A stretch of DNA of 63,468 nt, filler included, from Octopus bimaculoides (lineage: Eukaryota): the NCBI RefSeq assembly GCF_001194135.2. It is 7 parts of 7 records of this genome, joined end to end, with 100 filler letters (N's around TTAATTAATTAA, not from the genome) between each part and the next. Parts side by side here need not be neighbours in the genome. Positions count along the whole stretch, not along the records: positions 21,450 to 38,701 come from NC_068981.1; 6 more parts are not named here. One strand, written 5' to 3'. A program made the translations under genes and the position numbers. The notes under the pieces are model-generated. The model saw only the letters and a list, made by a program, of their open reading frames with translations. It ran no database searches and was not told where the DNA came from. Positions 23,243-37,251 of this stretch are shown here, in pieces. The number at the start of each line of letters is the position of its first letter. Position 1 is the stretch's first letter.

Positions 23243-26200
23243 GGAGATACGAGTACAAAGATAGTGCACTTATATTTGTGTATATACACACATGTTTGCA
23301 TGTTCAAACTTATGCAATCACGGTTGCATATTTTCTCCCAGATCATTTAGATTATACCTACTTGTATATATCGACTGACACTAAGTGTATATATATATAA
23401 TATTTTATATCCCTTAATGTATACGATATTTCTAATAAACACACACACACACATACATTTATATGCCCATCTCTATGCCTGTGTATGAGTATTTATATTA
23501 AGTTATGCTGATATACTTTAGTGCATATCTGTGTATAAATATCTGTTTGGAGAATTCAGGTATAACCCGTCCTACTGCATAGGCTATTTTATTGAGTAGT
23601 AGCGTATCATGATTTTCAGTCTTGATTAACTCATAAATCTCACCAGGTCGAATGCACACATCTACAAACAGTCAAGAATAAAGAAACCATCCACGTCACA
23701 CTGTCTGTTTCTCCCCCTACTATCTAGTGTTTAATCTTGCACTCATACGTTATCGACTTTTAACCTTCGTTTATAACTACCATCCTTACACACATATTTT
23801 TTTATTCCTTACCTTCATGTAACTGTTATAGAATATTAAGTCATGATAGCCAGGGATCAAAGATGCAATAAAAACGCAAAAGATAAGTCGTTACTTAACT
23901 TTGCCGATAAGGCTTATATACTGTAACGAAGAATGACCATTTTGTGAAGTGTCAATACTTGCTTCAAATGTCACAAAATTTTGCTTTCAAGTATTCATTT
24001 AGATCCCTACTATATTGTACATTAGCAAATACAAATGTCTAGTTGCCGAGATTGTTCGGTACATAGATGAACAAATCTTCAGTAGCTGTTAAAACAACAT
24101 ATTCTCTAGATGTTTCCATGCAGATGCCCTTGCTTTGAAGTGGTGGTAATATGAATTGATAACAAAAGAGCGGTAAACCAGTCGAAAAAAATCGTGTCTG
24201 AGTATGTAGAAAAGGTATTCTGCACCGCGTGTTAGAAGCATTCTGCTGAATACTTTCGAATTCTTTGTGGTTTTCAGTCTGCAGTAGAGAATTAGGATTT
24301 ATCACATTTAAAGTTTGTGAAATTTATAAATATGTTTAATGAAGACACACGGCTTTAAATTTATTTTGCATTTCTAATTAGTAGCTTATTGAAAGCTTCA
24401 CTGCTTGAAGGAGTGCACACAGTTGGCAGAAGAATGAGTGTGCGTACACTAAAATGCTCTACATTTTTATTCTATCTGTTGTCCTGAAATGAATATCATT
24501 TCTCTGTTATCGGTAATAAATACAGCAGATATTTTGATTTCATAATTATCTTTAGAAAGCACGCACTTGTATGTTTTCCTCTATCTCTCTGTCTCTCTCT
24601 CTGACTCGCTCTCCCTCTCTCTCTCTCTCTTTCTCTCTCCCTCTCCCTCTGTTTATATATATATATATATATATATATTCATATATATCTATAAATAACG
24701 AAAAAGAGAGAGGAAGAGAGAGACATATACGCATATGGGTAGCGAGCCATGTGTTTTATGTCAAATTTGCATTAAGAAAAAGCTTATATTTAGCATTTTT
24801 AATTATCAACTTCCCTATCTGAAATGTCTGAGTTTGGGACTATTTGTCAAGAATTTCTCATTAAAGCTGCTCCGTATTTCGTATGGATAGATCAACAACC
24901 AAGTATGAAAGCTTGGCCTCAAAGACTACTAAAATAAATACAGAAAGGCGGAAAATATTCAGAGATTTATAAACAGAGATAATGAGCTTAAACAAATTAA
25001 AATAAGTTTTAAAAATGTGACATATCTTCCAGGAAAGCAAAGCTAATCAGAGGTTATCGTCTGCAGCATTGTTAATACTGCAAAAATGTTGGGATTCCAT
25101 TTCTACAATTATTTAAACAATTAAGAATACAAACTCCTTCTTATTGACTTTTTTTTTCTTGTGTGAATAATTTTGTTGATTGTAATTTCAAATTAGATTC
25201 TGTTGATTTAAAATTGTTGCTTGTAAGTTGATATGTTTCTTATTTGTGGTTTCCCAAAATAAAGACAAATAGCTATAACCACATATATACTGCTATATGA
25301 CGAGTCTTCTTGCAGTTTATTTGTTCGGTGGGAAGCTACAACAAATACAATGAGCTATAAAATAACAGAAATTGTGCATGCCATAACATTGGCAAGCTGA
25401 AATCAAAACTAATTTTCTAACACCATCAATCAAATGCAGAAGATAGAAGACGAAATAAGTTCCGATGAGACGGTGTGGGTATCAAATATCTGTATATTGA
25501 TACGAGTTGCAATTTAATACGAGATATCAATCAAATAACGTTATTCATTGTAATAGTCATCAATACTGAACATAACAAGGCACAAATATTCCCAAAGCAG
25601 TCAAAACTACAGCAAGATATCTGTTGAGGAACAGTAATGTTGTCAGCAAAATAGTTTTCATGTAAAATGGAATAAAAGTTTCAAATTGCCGTAATAATGA
25701 AATATTCCCTAGTGACTGTTTCACTAGAGCTTTCTTACATTTTACAATTTTATTATAATTTTTATTGAGAGATCCAGTAAGATTTTTAATATATCTGTCA
25801 ATGAACCTATTCTTTATATTACGTTCTTTGTCTCTTACATTTCATTCTGTCCATCCATATTTCTTTTATTCTCCCAGTGCTCTTACGATACACATACGAT
25901 TTAGTTTCTGATAAAGTACATGAAAATAAATTAACATTGTCGTATATACACATTATTGAATCTATGAGTTACTACCATTTGCGCATAGTGTTCAGCTTCT
26001 TATAAAATACAAGAAGCTAATTTTACGTTGTTATACATACACACATTTAAGTCTCCGCAGAAAACTGCTACCACTTCCGCGCAGGTAAATCGGAAGCATA
26101 CAGCTCAAAGAAAGCGCTCCAATAAGGAAAAGTAAATAATGAATAATTAATTCGTTTCAAAGTGAGAAGCTGCATTTTTAAAATAAAAAAAACACAGCGA

Positions 26201-27343
26201 ATTTAAGGTGATAAAGCCAAAAATGACAACTAATGTCTGTGGTGGGCCACAAGTGTTATATTTTCTCGAGTGCACTTGTGAACACGCAATGATCATTAGG
26301 AAAAGCAATGCAATTAAATTTGTTTTACATTGAGCCATACACAATTATAGTGGATTAAATCGTATATACCAGACAACTATTCTGAGTCGTAAATGCCAGG
26401 CATAGAGCAATAATTCTGTAGAAATTATATGGATGACCGATATATGAAACAGCATAAATGCCAAGCGTATATAACTATATAAAAAAGGAAACTTTAAAAG
26501 ATGTAGTTTAATTACTTAAACATTTAAGTGTAAGAGTAACACATACTTTCACATCCGAATATATTGCAGAGATAAATGCTGGATGACGATATTGTCAGAT
26601 ATTTCCTTCCTATTTTAATAGCTTTTGGCTTCTGTGTAATTTAAAGTTAAGAAATACGTCGTCGAGGGTGTTTATACATACATATCTGTTAACGGTTATT
26701 TTCAATACTTTTCTCGCTGGATTAAGGGTTCCTTTCTCTTTTTCTCTTCTGCAATTTTATTTTTGGATCTTCTATATATATGAAGAATTTCCCTCCATCT
26801 GGCTGTTTTTCTCACTACAAAACGGAATTTGAATTATGGAACAGTCATTTTATTTTACCGAGTTTTTTCGAAATTAATTTATCACCCAACGAGATATGTC
26901 TGCACCACTGGATACTCCTGAACCAGTTTTTGTGTATTCCACAAGAGGAGTCGATGCTAGATGTGTCGAAACAATTGTAGTGATTAATATATATTCTCAT
27001 ATATTCCATCTTCTGTCATTCATTCGTTATATATATATATATATATATNNNNNNNNNNNNNNNNNNNNNNNNNNNNNNNNNNNNNNNNNNNNNNNNNNNN
27101 NNNNNNNNNNNNNNNNNNNNNNNNNNNNNNNNNNNNNNNNNNNNNNNNNNNNNNNNNNNNNNNNNNNNNNNNNNNNNNNNNNNNNNNNNNNNNNNNNNNN
27201 NNNNNNNNNNNNNNNNNNNNNNNNNNNNNNNNNNNNNNNNNNNNNNNNNNNNNNNNNNNNNNNNNNNNNNNNNNNNNNNNNNNNNNNNNNNNNNNNNNNN
27301 NNNNNNNNNNNNNNNNNNNNNNNNNNNNNNNNNNNNNNNNNNN

Positions 27344-28010
27344 GTCCAGTGTGTGGCATTATTCTGTAGTAATGCGCCTTATATAAATATAAACGAATAA
27401 TTATATTCTTGGGAATAGAAATTTCCCTTATGAATTTTTTTACACACTGGCTTCTTGATAAAATTCTTGTAAAATATTTTTATCCCTTTTTGAATTTATT
27501 AATCAAATATATACACGGAATATGTTCAATGCTGAATTATTTTATTCCTTTCTCAACACATGTGCCAAAACAACCCAGTAGTTTTCCCGCTTTTTCTTTG
27601 TTGAAGATTTATGCAAATAAACTTCATTCCCTTTGCACGTTGGATACCGAGAGTGTTCGTTTTTGATAAGGTGAGAATTCTGTTTATTTGGATATGTTTT
27701 CCCTAAACAATACTATGCTGATGAGCGACATCTAGAATTCATTCTGGTAATCGCGAAATCGGTCGATACATAGTTGAATTATTTAAAAGAAAGTTGGTCT
27801 TCTTCTGTTGGATGTTTTTCCTCGCATTCGGTACTAAATGTGTTTATTTTGGGAAGTCCAGTGTGTGGCATTATTCTGGAGTAATGCCCCTTATATAAAT
27901 ATAAACGAATAATTATATTGTTGGGAATAGAAATTTCCCTTATGAATTTTTTTACACACTGGCTTCTTGATAAAATTCTTGTAAAAGATTTTTATCCCTT
28001 TTTGAATTTA
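27344..28010 (+). mobile_element. Tandem 512-bp unit plus 155-bp partial repeat with a hammerhead (PLE pseudo-LTR / retrozyme-like)
   Basis: 27344-27498 repeats at 27856-28010 with 4 mismatches; hammerhead at 27718; (TA)n and a gap on the left, TA-rich tract on the right. Confidence 0.75.
27708..27776 (+). ncRNA. Type I hammerhead ribozyme with damaged stem I
   Basis: CTGATGA 27718-24; stem II GCGA/TCGC with inner CTAGAAT/ATTCTGG; GAAA 27755-58; ATCGGT then C; CTATG/CATAG and CAA/TTG pair but GATA after the cleavage site is unpaired. Confidence 0.7.
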
Positions 28011-28039
28011 TATGTATATATATCTGTATGTATGTATAT

Positions 28040-28190
28040 AGAACAGCGAGTGCTAAAATGTTCTTGGCGTTGGTTAAAAGGAAATAGAGGAGGATCAGTT
28101 AATTACAATTTTATTCAAAAGTATTCTACTTTCAGTTTCACACATTTATTGCAGCGAGCATTTAGGTTTTCTAAACCCTCTAAAGCAACA
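28040..28190 (-). mobile_element. mariner 3'-end remnant, same family as 14457 and 48386
   Basis: GAGGAGGATCAGTTAATTA..TTTTATTCAA shared with 14505-14535. Confidence 0.6.
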
Positions 28191-28851
28191 TAAAAGCACA
28201 GCATTACCCCTAACCTTGGCGAAACGAAATCGTCATGGAATTAAGAGTGCAGATATCGATATTTCACTGAAATTTCTGTTCTCAGTGCTACTCACTCATC
28301 CACTTCAAAGACTCTGAAAGGACCTGTCTCAGCCTGTTAGAAAAATACAAACAGCATAGAAACTATTTGCTCATGTGAAATAATTCGCAGGAGGAAAATA
28401 AGATTCGAATTCCGAGTTTGAAGCTACTTACAAACAAACATTCTTAACATATGCGTTATTAAATCTTGTAAAGTTGTGGCACATTGTCCAGGAAGACCCT
28501 TTTAAAGACAGACATCTCAAAGTGAGACGAAAGAAAATTGTCCCTGATTTCGATATTTGGCGGTCATTTATCCTCCCCAGTGTCACATATTCACCTCCCA
28601 TATGAGAGCGGAAATGACTGCGAAATGTGTTGTGGGACGATTTTGTTTAGCTTTACTTTGAGATGTATGTTGTGATTTTAAACACAATACGTTTAGAAAG
28701 GTGTCTCCTCAGGGGGCAATACTGCAGCTTCACAGAATTTCGTAACACACATACATTAAATATATGATATTGATAATGTTTATATAATTGGTATTCGATC
28801 GGTTACGACGACAATAGTTCCAGTTTATCCGCTTGTAAAATGAATATGTAA

Positions 28852-29095
28852 GTGGCAGAGCACCCTACAGGCACGCATACCCTTAACATAGATCTCAGAG
28901 AGATTCAACGTGAGACAGAATATGGCAAGGTTGGCCTTTTGAAATACAGGTACAACTAATTTTTGCCATCTCGGTGAATTGAAGTAACATGAAATAGATT
29001 GCATTACTCAAGGACATAACGCGCCGCCGGGACACACACTCGCATCTTTAATATCGTGATTCGAATGTCCTACCCACTAGGCCACTCGCCTTCAC
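28852..29095 (-). mobile_element. tRNA/CORE-like SINE, family E, sharing its 3' module with family D
   Basis: ACCCTTAACATAG..GAGATTCAACGTGA module plus CTCAAGGACATAACG CORE-like block. Confidence 0.7.
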
Positions 29096-29127
29096 TGATA
29101 TTGACATTATTATGCAGAAAATGCGAA

Positions 29128-29130
<3 letters not shown>

Positions 29131-29190
<60 letters not shown>

Positions 29191-29198
29191 GCACGCAC

Positions 29199-29242
<44 letters not shown>

Positions 29243-29247
29243 ACACG
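29131..29247. repeat. (CT)n(CA)n compound microsatellite
   Basis: Direct sequence. Confidence 0.95.
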
Positions 29248-29881
29248 CGTAGAATCAGGTTAGTGTACTTCTGTACTCCGAGGCAAGGATAACAGACAAT
29301 TACCATGGAATTAATGACTTATGATGGTGAGATAATCCTAATGATTTTGCTATACTGCACCTCCCCCCCCCCACACACATCAACACATCAGATGCACAAA
29401 CGGCTACACCCCCACACTTATGCTGTGAAATAGCTTAAAGACTCGACGCTCTCTTTATTTATTATAGAAATTTTCAACACTTACTCGCAGATTAGTCTGA
29501 CGTGCAAAGTACTTATGTCTATTGCCAAATACCACTTCCATCCCACAGTTACACTCTGCCCCGCACATCTTAGGACTGTGAGATCTTCATCAGTATTTTG
29601 AAACAAATAATTAACATTTTTCTGCAGATGTGATATATTACGTTGTGATTTGTTTTATCTGTTTGTTCTGGAGGAAGAGAATATGGTGGACCTCAGAGAC
29701 GCGTGATGTTCATGAAGCAACATTTCATTTCTTAATAAAGGTTTTATGACCGCAATAATAAAACAAGTGTCCCGTATATATCAATCCTTTGAGTAAAAGC
29801 CGTGTTGTTGCGCAGACCAATTGTCCTAAGTATTTAGGACGCATCTCCGAATATAAACAATAATGCAATTCATAAATTATA

Positions 29882-30313
29882 TTTTTTTCTACTCTAGATA
29901 CAAGGCCCGAAATTTTGGGGGAGTGGGCCAGTCGATTAGATCGTCACCAGTACGCAACTGGTACTTAATTCATCGACCCCGAAAGGATGAAAGGCAAAGT
30001 CGACTGCGGCAGAATTTGAACTCAGAACGTAAAGGCAGACGAAATACTCCTAAGCATTTAACCCGGCGTGCTAACGTTTCTTATTTCTTTATTGCTCACA
30101 AGGGGCTAAACATACAGGAGACAAACAAGGACAGACAAACGGTTTAAGTCAATTACATCGACCCCAGTGTATTACTGGTACTTTATTTATCGACCCCGAA
30201 AGGATGAAAGGCAAAGTCTACCTCGGCGGAATTTGAACTCAGAACGTAGCGGCAGACGAAATACCGCTAAGCATTTCGCCGGCGTGCTAACGTTTCTGCC
30301 AGCTCGCCGCCTT
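29882..30313 (-). mobile_element. SINE family A dimer
   Basis: Colinear with 12549-12979. Confidence 0.9.
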
Positions 30314-32961
30314 ATGCAGCTCATTAATTAGATAGCCTCGCATAACCATAGAAGAGCCTGTTTGGACATGGCCTAAATGCTTTTGAACACGTAATCAGTT
30401 CGATGAGATCTGCGTTTATAATCGAAAATGTATTTTGAAGCAAGAACATGCATTAATATATTAGAATTATTTTGGACTAATTCAACGTTGTAACCAGCGC
30501 AAAACTGGGAAAATATCGTTTCTTGAAACACAAAAGCAAAATCGTAACAGTTGAATTAACAAATGGGATATGAAAATCAGATATAAGTGTACTGTCTAAA
30601 AATTTAATAGACAATAAATATAAGAGAATGCTAGCAAAAGTATATTTAGTATAGGAATCAAAATTTACATCATTGCGTTTACTCTAATCATCAACGACAT
30701 ATCTACCGGTGTCATATTTTTGTCACTAACATCGATAATGAAATTAAATATATCCATACGAAGTATATATTTTGCTTACAGCGCTAGAGTCTGTATCTGT
30801 TTTATGCAATCTCTGTTTATCTACAAATGTGTCCGACACTTCTAAAGATATCACTTTGTATGTTAAAGGGATACACCATCCAATCTCTCTCCCTTCTGTC
30901 ATATATTTGATTGTTTTCAATTTTGGCACCAGACGAGCAGAGGGGAGGGTAGGCTTATTAAAATGGCCTTCAATTCTTGCTTGGTACTTAGTTTATTGAC
31001 TCCAAAAGTATTGATAAGCAGTATAATATCAGAAGAGATTAAAAAAGAAAGGTCAAAAGAGAGGAAAAGAAAAAGAAAATAAAGTAAAAAGGAGGGTTCA
31101 TTATAAAACCGACTTGCAACTGCGCCTGCGCACATACATACTATGATCTCGATATTTAACTTCTACACATTCCCCTCACGCATATACGCATAAAAATTAT
31201 ATTCATTAACAAGTATCTTAGATGCAGACATAAATATGCTTTTAACGTGTGTGTGTNNNNNNNNNNNNNNNNNNNNNNNNNNNNNNNNNNNNNNNNNNNN
31301 NNNNNNNNNNNNNNNNNNNNNNNNNNNNNNNNNNNNNNNNNNNNNNNNNNNNNNNNNNNNNNNNNNNNNNNNNNNNNNNNNNNNNNNNNNNNNNNNNNNN
31401 NNNATATATATATATATATATACGAAATCAAATTCATACACATGTACTCAGTTACTCACACCTATATATTATGCATGACAATACGTACATACTGATATAT
31501 GGATAAACACACAGACTTTGCACAAGAACTTGCATATGTATGCACAAAATGACATACACACGCTAAGATATAAACATGTGTCTGTGTGTGTGTGTGTTTC
31601 AGTATTATATATTCATGATGGGCAAATCAAATAGAACGATATGATTATGGTGTTTTAGAAACATTTCTGTATTGCTATAAGAAAGCTATGTTATCAAGAG
31701 ACTCGTTTCGGAACAATAAGCAGCTTATTTCCACTTAAAATCTTGAATCATTCTCCATTGAATATAATACACACAGAAATGTCTTCAATACGGTAAATTT
31801 GTTGTAATCGATTTTATTACTTACTATTCCAAATATTATTGTAAGCTTTACCCATTTCAATTGATCCCTTATGTCTAATTAGGCAATGTTAAAATTATAT
31901 TTATTCTCTACAGAGCAATGTAATTGTCATTATTTGATTTTAATCAAACCACTTGTGTAATATTTAAGATAATATTCATATTTGCTATTATTGACGGACA
32001 TTATACAATACACAAGTGTATTTCTTACTTTCATATGTCAGTTATCATTGGACATATATTTCCAACGGCGTGATAGATAAGTTTATAATATTTTTGTTTA
32101 TATTCCCTAAATTGCCTTTGTAATTATACTCTATATAATAAAATGTTTATCACCGAGAGAAAACACTGCCAAAGTAATATTGCTTTGTGAATAGTTAGAG
32201 GCTATATCGTTTTGACATCATATACATTAATGCATAAGAAGTCTAAAGCAATGTCTTTCTTACATTTACAGAAAGTCTATGATGTGTGCTATGGGCGTAA
32301 GTGAATGAGATTCAATTGTTATTTATACAGGAATCAATAACATCATTGTGCAGATGTATATGCTACGGGGTTCCAACTGCAACTCTCCTGACTATTTATC
32401 GGTCAGTGCGCATTTAAGAACCTATTACTCAATGTACTCACTCTGTTTAACTCTTTCCATAGCATAGAAAGTTAACTGTTATTTCTAGCAACCCGTCTGA
32501 TAACATAAAGTCTTTTATGCTTCATTGTTTGCAATAATTTATTTTTCCATAGGATATAATTTTCACATTTTCTATGAATGTCTTCATTAAAAAGTAATAT
32601 TTCAATGCATGTTAAGTCTAAAGTGTAATGTAGCAGTAGAGGGGCCACATTTCAATGAGGTGGGGCGGTGTGCAATGATGCCATTTGAAATGGTATGCGT
32701 TCTCTCCTGATGACCCCCACCACTAGTATGCTAGCATTCTGTGTGCAGAGCTCTCAACTTGTAGCATGTGCATGTTGTTTAAAAAATTATGGAATTAATA
32801 AAAAGAAGAGAAAATGAAAACAGTGTCGATGTGTTGAATTCAACTTGCAATAATTCGTTTGGTTCCAGCCATTTCAACGTAAAGCTTCTTGGGAATAGAA
32901 TAAGTGAATAAGACATCGATTAGTATAACACTCGACTGGCTCCCTTCCTATATATATATAT

Positions 32962-33370
32962 AGCCATGCTGGGGAAACATCTTGGTTTTAGATTCGAACA
33001 AATGTTCCCCAGTCCTTAAACTCAAAGTCTGGTTCTTATCCTGTTGGTTTCTTTTGAATGCAAGGACATAAACAGAACAGCACTGGTTGTCAGATAGTGG
33101 TCGGGGAGAAATGCAGACAAAAGAGAAATAATCACACACTCAGACAAACAGACAGAAAGACAGAAAGACAGACAGACAAAGAGACAGACACACACATCCA
33201 TATATATATATACAACAGGATTCTCTCAGGTTCCATCTAGCAAATCCATTCTCATGGCTTGGGGCAGTCTGAGCCTGTACTAGAATACACTAGCCCAAAG
33301 TTCTACAAATGGGACTGAACCCGGAAGCATGAGGCTGGGAGTGAAAGTTCTTGCTGCACAGACACACCTA
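32962..33370 (-). mobile_element. SINE family B, degenerate
   Basis: GGGACTGAACCCGGAA head, CAAATCCATTCTCATGGCTT block, internal microsatellite, tail. Confidence 0.65.
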
Positions 33371-33661
33371 TTTACGGAGAGACATACAGAGAGAGAAATA
33401 GTAAAACAGCTACGCTTTTAGAAATCCATAAAATTCATGTTTGTCCAACTTTCAATCAAATGTTTACGCACCTTATTTTTTCTATTATTTCTGTTATGCA
33501 GTATATATATTTATAGAGATTTTATGGTATGTATCCCAGGCCCATAAGAAAATTAAGTCCATTCAGTTGTAAAAGAAAATAAATTATTATACATTATATA
33601 TTTCACGTGTTTCAATAGCGTGTGTAAGTCTGTAGTTTATTATATAATATTAATAAAACGA

Positions 33662-33825
33662 AAGGCAGTGAGCTGGCAGTAACGTTAGCATGCTTGGCGA
33701 TATGCTTAGCGGTATTTCGTCAGTCTTTCTGTTCTGAGTTCAAATTCCGCTGAGGTCGACATTGATTTTCTTCCTTTCGGGGTCGATAAATTAAGTACCA
33801 TTTGCGTACTGAGGTCGATCTAATC
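33662..33825 (+). mobile_element. SINE family A 5' part
   Basis: GGCAGTGAGCTGGCAG head through core; ends in a gap. Confidence 0.85.
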
Positions 33826-34024
33826 NNNNNNNNNNNNNNNNNNNNNNNNNNNNNNNNNNNNNNNNNNNNNNNNNNNNNNNNNNNNNNNNNNNNNNNNNNN
33901 NNNNNNNNNNNNNNNNNNNNNNNNNNNNNNNNNNNNNNNNNNNNNNNNNNNNNNNNNNNNNNNNNNNNNNNNNNNNNNNNNNNNNNNNNNNNNNNNNNNN
34001 NNNNNNNNNNNNNNNNNNNNNNNN

Positions 34025-34072
<48 letters not shown>

Positions 34073-34161
34073 CACTGTGTCCAGCGATGTATCACAACAT
34101 CTGATGGTCTGGTTGATCACATGATATACCTATATATGCTAGGGCATCGCTGTTAGCTTTG

Positions 34162-34580
34162 CTACATTTCCACTACGTCAGACTTCCTCTGATATGTTAT
34201 ACTTGGTGAATGAGAGATATTGATGGTGTTGCCCTCATCTACGTTTCCAACTGCAAGGTAGACGCATACGGAACTTTTGACCGGAGAAAATCCAACTTTG
34301 TTTTGAAGACACCTATGTCCACCGTATACATGTTTCTCAGTCGTTGAGGGGAGATATTGAAAACTGTGGGCCCTCGAAACACAAGCTGTAGTAGTGTCTG
34401 GTCCTTTGTCCTGATAGCAATGATGGGTTCTTTGGAAGTATGCAGAGGTGCCCCGTTGTCCTATTTGTGTTAGTTTCAATGCTAAAGTTTCGTACAAGTC
34501 TGTCCATGCTTTTCCAAATGTATAACACAACATATGATCTCCATCTTTGTTCTGGGGAATAGAGTCATATATATATACAT
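34162..34580 (-). CDS. Candidate terminal exon / unexplained ORF, product unknown
   Basis: Longest ORF free of gaps, microsatellites and recognisable TE motifs (34162-34662); TTACAG acceptor at 34581-82 is in frame; no family recognised. Confidence 0.25.
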
Positions 34581-34924
34581 CTGTAATAGCGAATACAATC
34601 ACTTTGACACTCTCACACACAAACACGTGCGAAACAACTTTTAAATATTTTAGTGATTGCACTCTAATTATAAATGTATGAGCCTTTGTCGAACTTATGT
34701 ATGTTCTTAGAAACGTTGTCGCTCTTTCTGTGATTATATCTTGAATTCATATATTTTAACCCTTTTGGAACATTACCTGATATTGTTTTACTACTGTATC
34801 TAGAACAAAATTAAGCAGATGATTTCCTATTTTATATCATTGTGAAATACTCCCAGTTCCCATTCCTACCTGCATGAACAAGCTACAAAATACTAGCTGA
34901 CATACATACATATATGATAAATAC

Positions 34925-34966
<42 letters not shown>

Positions 34967-35739
34967 ATCTCAGTGTGTGTGAGTGTGTGAGTGTATGTGT
35001 GTGTGTATATGTGTGTACGTGTGTGTATTTGAAAATAATTTTTGTTTACAATAAGTATAGTTTTATTTTACGAAAATATGATGATACAACAAATAGATAA
35101 TTAAAGCTGAAGCCTATTGACTTCCAGAATCTGATATAGAATTTAGGCAGATGAGTTTTAAATACACTTATTTGCATTTTTCCTCATATATAGTAATTTT
35201 TCTTTAATCTGACTCTATACAAAGGCGACACATAGACTTTCAGATAAAACGCAGAATTATATTAATAAAAGAAACAGGGGAAACATGAAAATGATCAAAC
35301 ATAAGCCATACGTTACTTCTTAAATAACGGATTTAATACATAGAAACATTTTAATATTGTTGAAAACTGTATTTTCTAGATAATAGAAAACCAGGAAAAA
35401 TTAAACTTCATTCAGATTAGACAAAACATAGCAACATGAATAATATTGTGGCTTGTAAAGAGCTCAGGCGCAGCTGCATTCGGCACATATAACCTAGAGC
35501 CATGCTTATAGTTTAAGAGTCAGATTTAGGATTTCTCGGTTTTCTGTAAATCGATTTTGATAAAACATTTCCCTGCTGGTATGCACAGTATAGCAACAAC
35601 ATTATGTTTTCATTATTCTGTGTAACGTCATTTTTTTTTCAGATTCTTCATCTTTGGGGTGTACCGCGCTAATAGCTTTTGAATTAAAATGGCCCATCTA
35701 GACACATTTTTTCATAAAACGAAGTGTAATGATACTTAT

Positions 35740-36640
35740 TAATCATACATCAAGTATATATTTAAGAGAAAACCATAATAACATTATAACCTTTGAATTA
35801 TTTAGCCACACGAGCGCCATTTGGACAGGTAACTTCGAAACGTCATGGAATCTGTCGATTTCTTAATAATAGCAGGTCGCCTTTGCTGCAACTTTGATGG
35901 TCGCTCATAAAACAACTTTCGACGTAAATTAGCGTCATCGGCATAAATCTTGTTTAATGATGGACCAGAGATTTTCGATTGGGTTGAGATCTGGAGATGT
36001 TAGCAAATCTTTCACCTTGTATTCCGTACGACCCTAGGAATATTTGGGTAGTCCTGGCAGAGTGGGAGGAGGCGTTGTCATGCATGAATGACAGCAGTAT
36101 ATCATCTAGCCAGAGATCCAAGATCTCCTTCAGGAAATTGCAGTCGATGGTTGCACCTCTTCAAGCACCCTGACTAGGCCAACGAGTCTGTCCCTAATGA
36201 TGCCAGCCAAGGACATGACTCTTCTACCCTGTTGTTCACGTCGTAAACGTTGGTGATGCGCATCTCTAAAATAGACCTAACCATTTGCCCAACCGTCAGG
36301 TTCGTCAAGGTCGTCCTGCTTTCGTCAGCGAATATAATACAACTCATGTCTAACGTAATGTACTTTTGGGTCCATTAAAGCATCAAACTCCTTGGAGGAG
36401 GAAGTTTCAGGGGTTCTCACACGGAAACCATCGTCCCGAGGAAGCGATTTCTGGTGGCTTTGGGTACATGAAGGAGACGATGAAAATGGCTTTGCTTGTT
36501 TGTCCAGGTTTCCCACATAACTTATGGCCAATATTCCTTAAATCCATAGCTCTCACTGTTTTGGAGGTCCCACTATCGCTCATGAGGCTAAATAATTGAT
36601 TATGTCAATAAATGTTATATTACTATGGTTCTCTGTTAAA
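35740..36640 (-). mobile_element. Tc1 (DD34E) transposon relic
   Basis: Minus strand: IIFADESRTTL..PDGW, FMHDNA, SPDLNPIENLWSII; inverted flanks GAGAAAACCATAATAACA / TGTTATATTACTATGGTTCTC. Confidence 0.85.
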
Positions 36641-37208
36641 TAAATTCTAAATTTTTGATTATTATGTATCATTAGCCTTAATGTTCTGAAAAAAAAAAGA
36701 CAAAACAAAAAAGCAAATGTTTAGATGACCTATTTTCATTCAAATGCTATTTGCCTGGTTACCTCAAAACTGAAGAATCTGAAATAAAAAGAAAGGACGT
36801 CATACAGAATAATGAAAATAACAATTATAACAATGGTATTGCCATAGTGTGCAAACTTGCTGGAAAAAAAAAAACTTTTATCAAAATAGATTCACAGAAA
36901 ACCGAGCAATCCTAAAGTACACTCCTAAGCTATTAGCGTGGTTCTGGGTGCATTTATACGATATTATCCATGGGTGTAATGTCCTGAAGTTGAAAAATTC
37001 GATCAGAGAGATTACCCTAGCAACAACTAGAGGAATACTCCCTCTCCTCTGAATATGTTTATATGTATATAAGTTTATCATAAGGTTGTACAGTGTACAA
37101 AGCATTCATTTTAATCAGTAATGCTAATTTTTAAAAGGACAAGACGTGATTTCGTGAATCGGCTAACTAGCCTTCCTCGACTCTTATTACTTTGATTTTT
37201 ACGATACA

Positions 37209-37251
<43 letters not shown>

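Noticed and set aside
35817-35846. CCAT..GAAACGTC-ATGG hammerhead-like string
   Set aside because: Core is TTGGACA rather than CTGANGA, and it lies in Tc1 coding sequence
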